From Lingula anatina (Eukaryota > Animalia > Brachiopoda), in the NCBI GenBank assembly GCA_051362555.1, contig CM120645.1, forward strand, positions 19,592,001 to 19,656,000: 64,000 nt of DNA, read 5' to 3'. The position numbers and the translations under genes are program-made. The notes under the pieces were generated by a model, which worked only from the letters and a program-made list of their open reading frames with translations, made no database searches and was not told the origin of the DNA. Below are positions 50,275-62,143 of this stretch, piece after piece; position 1 is the first letter of the stretch; each line of letters starts with the position of its first letter.

Positions 50275-51000
50275 TGCGTATCGTCTATTTTACTCAAAAG
50301 AAAATCGCTGTATTCACTTTGCTTGCGCGCAGCATATCTCCAATAGCTTTTGTGCTACCTGGTAACGTCAGCACGGGCAAATGACGTCACAATATGTTTT
50401 ACCTTTTAAGGATATATATCTATCACGTGAAATACGCATGCGCCTTAAATGGGAAATGGGCGTTTTTTCATGATAAAATTTATAAGGTTGAAAGTAGGCC
50501 TATATTGTTACTGCCCAAAGCAGCAAATGATTTTGATAAACGCAATATTCTATACCGACTTGTAACTTGCTTTCAGGTGAAATACGCCTTCGATTTGAAG
50601 AAACGTTGAAATTCTCTGTTTAAAAGAAAAAAAAAACATGGGGTTTTTGTTTAACGGTGCTTTGGTAGGCTTATCTTTTTTTTAATAGGCTTAAATGAAA
50701 GGGGTTAGGCTAAATATAAACACGTTTGACATAAAAGTCAATATAGATCACAAGATATGAAATTAATCATGTCGTGTATATTGAAAGTGTGGAGAATACG
50801 GCTCCAGAGTGGTAGGCCTAGAAGGAAAGTTTACTTTTGCGAGAAATAATGACATGGTGTAGGCCTAAATTTCAAATAATAAAAAGTGCAACATGACCAT
50901 TAGATCTAGTTTCTTTGTGAAACGCTCTCTGTTGGCTACGTTGCAGTAGGCTTTCATAAGTCAACTAGTTCTTTCTAAGCATTTGTTCTACTACCTTTAG

Positions 51001-51204
51001 GTTCTGGTGGGTTCCCACAAGGCCGGACGCCAGAATCATCACAGAGTTGGGGGCCAGAACGGCATTGATGAAGAACGAATCGAGCACCTGGCCAAAGTTT
51101 GCCCGTTGAAGTACGTGGAGTTAGAGCCTGGTAAGGGTGTCCTTATCTAAACACAAATAAATTCACCTTATTCACACCCACCCACCCACAAACACACACA
51201 CACA

Positions 51205-51244
<40 letters not shown>

Positions 51245-52491
51245 TGCACACGCGTAGATTATGTCAAAATCGGTCGGAAACGATTCAGTTGGAATATTCA
51301 AACAGTACTTAGGTGCCAACTACCTCGTTTATTTCGGTCTTAAAACTAATGTATTTGTCTTGACTTTTTTTTTCTTTTTTACATACATCGCCTATTTGGT
51401 CACTTAAACTGAACATGTGCTACATGTACGTACTTGTGTATAAATTGCTCGTAAAACCTTTATAGAACAATGTCGCATGGTCGATTTTACGCATTCGGGT
51501 ATCTGTCAGGTATCTAGGTTTGACCACCCTGAGCTTCAGAGATAACTTGGGTTTGACAGACATAATAAAGCCTTTTTATTGAAGTAGTTGAAATTTTAAA
51601 TCAAACATATATTTCATTTTTGTTTCTTTTTGGAATAAATACATGTATATTTTTTGGAGCTTTTGGGGATAGCTTTGAATTAAAATGCTGGTCATCTATT
51701 GGGTAACTAAGTGAAATGTTGTTGTTTGAGAAATAAATGAGGAACCATAGTCATTTCCCTTACTTATATAGGAGATGCTTTGATTTTCCACGCCAACTTG
51801 ATCCATAAGAGCGACGCCAACAACAGTAACAAGCGGCGGTGGTCGTTCCTTGTTTCTTACAACACCAAGGAAAACAACCCGGTGTACGTTCATCATCATG
51901 CCCAGTACACGCCCTTAGATGTGGTACGTCAAGATATTCTGGTCTTTTTTATTTTTAATAAAAATAACCTGGAAAGATTTTGGATAGTTCACGATTATCA
52001 AACCTATTTCATATTCACAGTTCGCAAACACGCTGCTCAATCCTCAATTTTTATTGAATTCAGATAGAATCTGAATATGCAAGAATAAATTTAATTTATC
52101 GTTTGTTCATTAATATTACAAATTCCGTCATTAGGAGAGTTACATGTGTTACCACCAGTTTAATTGCTAATTCAAATCAGATAATACCAGAGTACTCCAA
52201 CAGCATCATTTATGGTAAGAATTCAATTATTTTCAGAGAGGCAAAACGTGTTTTCACGTAGGAAATAGCCCTTTTACACTTCGTCTAATAGCGTTGATCA
52301 CATGACTGACTCGTGATTGACAATCCTTTTTAACTAACATCATTTCTATGTTGTAGGTTCCCAATTCCGCCATTAAAACCTGCACCAACTTCACAGACAT
52401 GACGGGGAAGGAATTTCTGGACCCGTCCATTGACAAGACTGTCATCGCCGATAAAACTAACCCTGTGAAATTACCAAAGACTAGCGAATAA
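51001..52491 (+). CDS. Dioxygenase 3' cassette 4 (exons 51001-51130, 51772-51923, 52357-52491)
   Basis: Intact frame and splice sites; variants IFHAN, KTCTN. Confidence 0.7.
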
Positions 52492-54584
52492 TCCTTTGAA
52501 GTGAAGGAAAACCAAAATCAAAGCGAAGTTAATTTTTTAAAAAACATTTGACTAGAATTATATGCCAGAATCATGAGCATAGGCAGCTACTTTTAAAGAG
52601 AGCAAGAAGGGTTCAAAATAACGAGGGCGACAAAAAATATTTGCTTGAAATTCAATATCGGTTGACTTAATGTTTTAATGATTTATTTTAATTTTTAACA
52701 TATAGCTTAAAGAGTTGATAGGCGCAGTGTCCTTCAGACAATGGAAGAAATATCTGCCAGGTGTTGAGCCAGAGACCCATTGTATTACTGGGGAGATTTC
52801 CAGGCATATTTCTTAACTATTTTAATATTTCGGTGGTTTTCACTCATCTTTACGTTGACATAATAGCTGATTGATTTTAAAACTTGGAAGCGGATTCAGA
52901 ATGCTTAAATAAAGTGTGAAAATGCTTTTCTGTGTACTTTTGCTTACAGCGATAAGAAAACGTGGAAAAGGGGTGCTCTAGTGGCGTTGAAGCCGTCCCT
53001 GTGTACAGTAGCAGATGATTCCACAATTTTGTTTGATTTTTTAGGTGCTTAAGATATCCAAGTTGGTGGAAATAAGTTTTAAACAGGTGACTGCAACATC
53101 ATTTTATTTTAACTAGGCTTTATTTTAACAAGGCAGCAAAGCTGTCAAATGTACAGACAAAAAACAGAATAAAAAGATGCAAAATAGGTCATTTTGTCAA
53201 TTTTGATGCAATAATAAATAACGCTTATAATAGTCAGTCAACACTGATTTTTAATCATGCGCAACAGGTAACATGGTCAATAACAGGAGCAGATGCAGAG
53301 ATATTTTCTGACAGTATTCCAAAGTATCTTTGTTGATCCATCCTCCATTTTGATGGTCTTCCAATAGAAACCCGTTAATATAAACTTTAAAATCTGACTG
53401 TCTTCCAGGAGACCCAGAAGATGGTCTCAACCCACCCCTTCAATAAGATTACAGTTTTAGGACCATGAGAGTTAAATTCACATGATGAAAGTCCCAATAT
53501 ATGAAAAATGATGACAGTGCATAAAATAATATTACAGCGTGTTTAAAGACATAAATACCAATACAACTGCTTATGTGGAAATACTGAAAATGTGCAGAGC
53601 CTCAGGTGGATGGGAGTTAAAAGTCACATCTTAAAAATGCCAGTGTTGGAGAAAAAATTAAAAAGAAAACAACAAAAATATAATCCCAATGAAGCTGCTA
53701 TTCACTGCTTCCTTATTATGGACACTTTGTTATCTAGCAGAGAGCTTAACCTTTGGGAGTTTACAGGGAAATATCAACAAGTGTGCTTTATTAAATCTCA
53801 TTTAATGGCCAATTAATTAGGCGAATGAGTTTATAGCACTGAACTTAGCCCAGTGAATACCCAAGGGGAATTTACATGTACCTGTGTATAATTATCATGT
53901 AGGTCCCTTTTTCAATTCACTAGTGTTTCCTCAATCATTAACACAGGTTATTTGGACTTATGAGATACTGAATTTTCCTTGGTTGATATGCTACCAAATC
54001 ACTATTTCGCTCCAATGTTTCAAAAATTTCTCGGGAGAGTTCACCCAAACCACCAACCCCCCCTCCCCGACCCTCCCACCCACCCATCCTTTAGTAGGAT
54101 AGGTCTTTAAAAGAGAGGAATTAAAATTTCAAAAAATTTATTTATCTTTTCTGTTATCAAGTTATCGAAACAATTTACAACATAGTAATTATCAAATTAT
54201 ACGTAGGCCTACATGATTATGTGATTTATAAAAATTGGCACTTATTCTCTGCACATACAAAAGAAACGTGGTTTTTATCACTAAATTCTATTTAAATGTT
54301 TAAATAATTAGCTTCAATTTTTTGTCTTGGTGAAACTGTAAGGAAAACTTGAATTAGCATAATTCACTTCTTGATTTTTTTTCAAAATTTATTAAAACTG
54401 ATGTTTTTAGCAGATATTAAATTAATCGTTCTGAGCTGTTTTAGGCTAGAGTTAAAAAGTCGTCTATATATAATAATAAAGTGGATAGTTTGTTTCATGG
54501 GGTCGGCTGTAGAATGAGCTACTTCTAAATGAATCGTGAAACTTGAGGGAAGTATTGTAGCAGCCGGTGGTTTACAGCAGTCCT

Positions 54585-57500
54585 CTAGCCATTGTCAACA
54601 ATATTGCGGACGCTGCTGTTTGCTGTCAGTGGACCCATCTCGAGCTGTTCTTCCTCCAACACTTCCTATCATGATGAAAAACACTGCATATAAATAGTCT
54701 GTAAACTAAACATATATCTCAATATTTCAAGCATTGGATGTTTACAGAAAATAAATTCCATCTTTTTTCATTAGATTCATGTAGGTTAGAGAGTCGTTAA
54801 CTTATACATGTACAAATTGCTTGAAGTTCGAGACGGTTCACAATAAGGAGCCAGAGAGTAATTACCCTATTAGAAGCAATCAGTGTAATAAATCCAGGCG
54901 TTACCTGAGCAATGTCTAAAATGGGAGAAGTGATCACATCGGTTGGAAAATTATTCACGTAGTAGTCACACAGCCATCTGCATTCAAAAAAATGAATATA
55001 AAATTATAATAGATATATAGACAAATAAATATAGTGAATGGATGAAGAAAATAGATTAAATACAAAAATAATAATAAATAAAAAATATAAATAAATAAAT
55101 GTCAGATCTGGCTTAAAAAGTTGTTAGTTATAGGGAGTCTTGCAGGAAGAAAAAAACATTGATGAAATTCGTACCGATGACTTAAAAGGCCAGTCATGCT
55201 GTCAATTCTTTGGTCCACTTCGCTGAAATAAAACAGAGAGAGATGGTTTGATCTGTGCTGAAAGTTCAATATGAGACTAAGCAGGGACAATGGAAACTGA
55301 AGACAAATGATGTCTACGAAGTTAACATGACTTATTTTGAAAAGTGCATTGTGTACTTTTGTGTCTTTAGACAGGCAAATGCTTACGAAGCTAGTGAAGG
55401 AATTGTTCACGATATTTCATTTAATTATTCACTGCACATATTCATGTAGTTGTATGTCATGAAGTAGCATTGCCTACCATACTAATCTATCAATCAGATC
55501 CCTGAAGACATGTTCTGTATCTGTGTAGATGATGGTGCCTTGGAGGATTTTCATTCTGGCTTCTGCTCTGGTCGGCAATTCAGTCCAAAGTGGGTGTCTA
55601 AATAAATCGACTAAAATTATTGCTGTCTTCCAACACTTCCTACTGTTCTAAAATTCTAAGGTATTTTTTAGAAAAAAATTACTGGCTACATTCTAATTTT
55701 CCAGTTCATACCACTAGCAACTCTAAAGAAGGGAGCCGTGTCATTTTGGCTTATATTTCTATCAGAACTATTGGCATGAATAACAGTTCTGTCATGATTT
55801 ACATAGCTGTATCCTTTTCATTACCTTCCCTCCATAAGTTCAAACAACATGACACCCAATGCGTAGAAATCGGCTCTCCACGAGGCGGCGCCACCCCTCA
55901 GCACCTCTGGTGTCATGTTTTTATAGAGTGTGAAGTTCATGAATTGCACCGCATCGATACTCTCTCCGGCATCATTTAGAGGGTGAACAGATCCTAGATC
56001 ACACTGAAAGAAAATAATCCGCATTAGAAATTTGAATAAAAAGGGAATGTGGTTGCCAAAATGAAAGTGTTGATTACATCCAAAAATTTTTTTTTTCAAA
56101 CAAAACCATATTTTTATCAGTCATAAAAATGTACTAATTCAAATTATGACACATCGGTGACACATGAATAATCATTTTATGTACGTAAAGAAGCGAGTCT
56201 TAGCGAAGAGCGAGACGGTATTCAAAATCAGGCCCGACCCAGGAACATCAAGGCGAGAAGAGAAAAATAACCTGAATTTATTTACTCAGATAGACAATCT
56301 GAGCCACAAAAAATCGAACATCTTACCAGTTTAGGGACCCCGTGTAGACTAACCAACACGTTGTTCGTTTTTAAATCAAAATGGGCTACATTCCGTTGGT
56401 GCAAGTGCCCAATAGCCATACAAACGCACGTGGCAATATATTTCACCATCTGAAGAGGAACTTCGTCCCTAAGAAATAAATAAAAGCAACTGTCAGTATG
56501 ATATTCAGGTCAATATTAAAGGAAATAATATTTTGTTGAATAACGAATTTCCTATGAAATAGATATTTTTATGATCGAACAAGATAAAATCTGGAAAAAA
56601 AATTAAAGTATTATTTAAAGAAAAGAAAGTAATTACTTACAAGAAAGTTTCCCAATACTCTTGGAGAATTTCAAGGTCCATCGGACACAATTCCGATAGT
56701 AGAACGGGAAACCCAGGCCTAACATCAAATGAGTGAACGAGTCTGGAACGGAAATTTCTCATATCAGAATGAGTTAAACTAAATCGGATGAAAGAAATAA
56801 GTTCAATCTGTAGGCCTACAGCGTAATTTTTCATTATAATCATAAAAATTGAAATTTTACAGTCACAGTTTATGACGTTTATATCCATCCAGTATGTACT
56901 AGTACTCATTAAATTTAACATAATGATGTTGTGCAAGATGTTGATTATTGTATGTGTCAAACATCTAACGAGGTAAAGAGATTATTACTTGGTGATGCAT
57001 AAAGGACATGCGTGTTTCATAGGTATCCAAGCTTACAAATTAACCAACATATTAAATTGTTTGTATGCATCTGATAAAATACCTTAAGATAAATTTGCTG
57101 TCTATCCTCTTCATAAAAGAAACTTCTCTGTAAATGGACCTTGCATAGGCCTCAGAGGTAGGCACCTTCAATGCTAGGTTGTTTTTAAACTAAATATAAA
57201 ATATTTCGAACGGTTACAGGGATGTCACATCCGTAAACAATAATAGCAAAGATAAACTGGTAACATTACTACATAACTTAATATAACATAAATATATTTT
57301 GTTCTGCTGCTACTACTTTCAAATCTAATACTGTAATTACTGCCATAACTGTGTGTACTTATGCTACTAACTACTATTGTTACTCCCGCTATCCCAGTAT
57401 CCCTTTATTTTGTTTGTCATGATAAGTTCAATACCTTGTACACTGAACCGAACCCTCCACCTCCCAAAATCGGAAGCATCGTGTCTTTCTTCCAGAAAAG

Positions 57501-57827
57501 GGCCCGAACCTTAAATTCACATTGAAGAAAGGAAAATTGATAAAAAGTGTAATTGAAATAGATACTTAAATAAAACGGCACGATTACTTTGAAAACTAAG
57601 CTTTAAAGACGCTCATTTTGATTAATAAGAAACAAAGTTATAAATATCTTTGTGGGGGTGAAGTATGACTACAGATATATTGATACCAACAGTTGAGTTT
57701 TTCATTTTTGTTCTGCTGCTAAAAAGAAATATCTTACCTCGTTCTCGAGTCTGAATATTTCTCTGTGAAAAATGTACATGTAACTGTATTTCATGCCTAA
57801 AAAGGCCAAATGCGACGCAACTATCAT
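54585..57827 (-). CDS. Non-RD kinase, copy 5 (apparently intact)
   Basis: Same exon structure; variants VPLQM, WKKDT, SIDAV; a ~30-bp intronic insertion near 56277. Confidence 0.83.
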
Positions 57828-58475
57828 CGCGTATATCGTCTATTTTACTCAAAAGAAAATCGCTGTATTCACTTCGCTTGCGCGCAGCATATCTCCAATA
57901 GCTTTTGTGCTGCCTGGTAACGTCAGCACGGGCCATTGACGTCACAATATGTTTTGCTTTTTAAGGATATAGCAATCACGTGAAATATGCATGCGCCCTA
58001 AATGGGAAATGGGCGTTTTTTCATGCTAACAGTTATAGATCTAAGGTTGAAAGTAGGCCTATATTGTTACTGCCCAAAGCAACAAATGATAAACGCAATA
58101 CTCTATATCGATTTGTAACTTGCTTACGCCTTCGATTTGAAGAAACGTTGAAATTCTTTGTTTTAAAAGAAAAAAAGATGGGGTTTCGCTGAGCTGTTTA
58201 GCGGTGCTTTGGTAGGCTTATCTTTTTTTTTTAATAGGCCTAAATGAAAGGGGTTAGGCTAAATATAAACACGTTTGACTTAAAAGTCAGTAGGCTATAG
58301 ATTAGCAAGATATGAAATTAATTATGTTGTGTGTATTGAAAAAGAAAATGGATATCAGAAAGCGCCGAGAATACGGCCCAGAGTGGTACAAGGAAAGTTT
58401 ATTTTTGCGGGAAATAATGACATTATGTAGGCCTAAATTTCAAATAATAAAAAGTGCAACATGACCATTAGATCT

Positions 58476-58531
<56 letters not shown>

Positions 58532-58926
58532 TGAAACGCTCTGTTGGCTACGGTGCAGTAGGCTTTCATATGTCAACTAGTCATTTTTAAAGCAGGGGCC
58601 ATTTTTACTACCTTGATATCTAATTGGGAATTCGTTATGCAAATCATCACTGTTTAATGATGTTTTTAAAATTTATTAAGGGCCTATATTCCGTGAATAA
58701 TGCTGGCTACTCGACAAATTAGTCATATAGATAATCGTGTTCATTTACAACTAGAAGTTAACTCAATAGTTCATAAAACAATGAATAGTAAAATCCATGA
58801 AAAATAAAAATAGCAAGGCATCAACATTCTTGTCGCCTCCCCCTATAGCTGATCAACCTAACAGCTTTTCCAATTCTGCTAGATTCTGTTTTGTTCTTTC
58901 TAAGCATTTGTTCTACTACACTGTAG

Positions 58927-60045
58927 GTTCTGGTGGGTTCCCACAAGGCCGGTCGCCAGAATCATCACAGAGTTGGGGGCCAGAACGGCATTGATGAAGA
59001 ACGAATCGAGCACCTGGCCAAAGTTTGTCCATTGAAGTACGTGGAGCTCGAGCCTGGTAAGGGTGTCCTAATCTGAGCACAAATTTATTCACACAAACAC
59101 ACGCGCGCACACGTGCGAGTAGATTATGTCAAAATCGGTCGAAATCAATTCAGTTGCAATACTCAATACTTAAGTGCCAACTACCTCGTTTATTTCGGTC
59201 TTAACATTAATGTAATTGTCTTGACTTTTTTTTCTTATTTTATATACATCGCCTATTCGGTCACTTTCACTGTACATGTAAGTACATGTAAGTGAAATGC
59301 TGATGTTTGAGAAATAAATGAGGAACCATAGTTATTTCCCTTACTTATATAGGAGATGCTTTGATCTTCAACGCCAACTTGATCCATAAGAGCGACGCCA
59401 ACAACAGTAACAAGCGGCGGTGGTCGTTCCTCGTTTCGTACAACACCAAGGAAAACAACCCGGTGTACGTTCATCATCATGCCCAGTATACGCCTTTAGA
59501 TGTGGTACGTCAAGATATAACCTGGAAATATTTTGGATAGTTCACGAATATCAAACCTATTTCATATTCACAGTTCGCAATAACACTGTTTATTCATTAA
59601 TTTTCATTGAATTCAGATAGAATCTGAATATGCAAGAATGAATTTAATTTATCGTTTGTACATTAATTTTACAAATTCCGCCATTTAGGAGAGTTAGATG
59701 TGTTACCACCAGTTTAATTGCTAATTCAAATCAGATAATACCAGAGTACTCTAACAGCATCATTTATAGTAAGAATTCAATTATTTTCAGAGAGGCAAAA
59801 CGTGTTTTCACGTAGGAAATAGCCCTTTTACACTCCGTCTAATAGCGTTGATCACATGACTGACTCGTGATTGACAAACCTTTTTAACTAACATCATTTC
59901 TATGTTGTAGGTTCCTAATTCCGCCATTAAAGCCTGCGCCAACTTCACAGACATGACGGGGAAGGAATTTCTGGACCCGTCCATTGACAAGACTGTCATC
60001 GCCGATAAAACTAACCCTGTGAAAATATCAAAGACTAGCGAATAA
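58927..60045 (+). CDS. Dioxygenase 3' cassette 5 (exons 58927-59056, 59353-59504, 59911-60045)
   Basis: Intact frame and splice sites despite shorter, more diverged introns. Confidence 0.7.
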
Positions 60046-62143
60046 TTCTTTGGAGTGGAGGAAAACCAAAATCAAAGCGAAGTTAATTTTTTTAAACATT
60101 TGACTAAAATTATATGGCAGAATCAGGAGCATAGGCAGCTACTTTTAAAGAGTGGAGGGAGGGTTCAAAATAACGAGGGCGACAAAAAATATTTGCTTGA
60201 AATTCAATATCGGTTGACTTAATGTTTTAATGATTTATTTTAATTTTAACATATAGCTTAAAGAGTTGATAGGCGCAGTGTCCTTCAGACAATGGAAGAA
60301 ATATCTGCCAGGTGTTGAGCCAGAGATCCATTGTATTACTGGGGAGATTTCCAGGCATATTTCTTAACTATTTTAATATTCCGGTGGTTTTCACTCATCT
60401 TTACGTTGACATAATAGCTGATTGATTTTAAAACTTGGAAGCGGATTCAGAATGCTTAAATAAAGTGTGAAAATGCTTTTCTGTGTACTTTTGCTTACAG
60501 CGATAAGAAAACGTGGAAAAGGGGTGCTCTAGTGGCGTTGAAGCCGTCCCTGTGTACAGTAGCAGATGATTCCACAATTTTGTTTGATTTTTTAGGTGCT
60601 TAAGATATCCAAGTTGGTGAAAATAAGTTTTAAACAGGTGACTGCAACATCATTTTATTTTAACTAGGCTTTATTTTAACAAGGCAGCAAAGCTGTCAAA
60701 TGTACAGACAAAAAACAGAATAAAAAGATGCAAAATAGGTCATTTTGTCAATTTTGATGCAATAATAAATAACGCTTATAATAGTCAGTCAACACTGATT
60801 TTTAATCATGCGCAACAGGTAACATGGTCAATAACAGGAGCAGATGCAGAGATATTTTCTGACAGTATTCCAAAGTATCTTTGTTGATCCATCCTCCATT
60901 TTGATGGTCTTCCAATAGAAACCCGTTAATATAAACTTTAAAATCTGACTGTCTTCCAGGAGACCCAGAAGATGGTCTCAACCCACCCCTTCAATAAGAT
61001 TACAGTTTTAGGACCATGAGAGTTAAAATTCACATGATGAAAGTCCCAATATATGAAAAATGATGACAGTGCATAAAATAATATTACAGCGTGTTTAAAG
61101 ACATAAATACCAATACAACTGCTTATGTGGAAATAGGCCTACTGAAAATGTGCAGAGCCTCAGGTGGATGGGAGTTAAAAGTCACATCTTAAAAATGCCA
61201 GTGTTGGAGAAAAAATTAAAAAGAAAACAACAAAAATATAATCCCAATGAAGCTGCTATTCACTGCTTCCTTATTATGGACACTATGTTATCTAGCAGAG
61301 AGCTTAACCTTTGGGAGTTTACAGGGAAATATCAACAAGTGTGCTTTATTAAATCTCATTTAATGGTCAATTAATTAGGCGAATGAGTTTATAGCACTGA
61401 ACTTAGCCCAGTGAATACCCAAGGGGAATTTACATGTAACTGTGTATAATTATCATGTAGGTCCCTTTTTCAATTCACTAGTGTTTCCTCAATCATTAAC
61501 ACAGGTTATTTGGACTTATGAGATACTGAATTTTCCTTGGTTGATATGCTACCAAATCACTATTTCGCTCCAATGTTTCAAAAATTTCTCGGGAGAGTTC
61601 ACCCAAACCACCAACCCCCCCTCCCCGACCCTCCCACCCACCCATCCTTTAGTAGGATAGGTCTTTAAAAGAGAGGAATTAAAATTTCAAAAAATTTATT
61701 TATCTTTTCTGTTATCAAGTTATCGAAACAATTTACAACAAAGTAATTATCAAATTATACGTAGGCCAACATGATTATGTGATTTATAAAAATTGGCACT
61801 TATTCTCTGCACATACAAAAGAAACGTGGTTTTTATCACTAAATTCTATTTAAATGTTTAAATAATTAGCTTCAATTTTTTGTCTTGGTGAAACTGTAAG
61901 GAAAACTTGAATTAGCATAATTCACTTCTTGATTTTTTTTTCAAAATTTATTAAAACTGATGTTTTTAGCAGATATTAAATTAATCGTTCTGAGCTGTTG
62001 TAGGCTAGAGTTAAAAAGTCGTCTATATATAATAATAAAGTGGATAGTTTGTTTCATGGGGTCGGCTGTAGAATGAGCTACTTCTAAATGAATCGTGAAA
62101 CTTGAGGGAAGTATTGAAGCAGCCGGTGGTTTACAGCAGTCCT

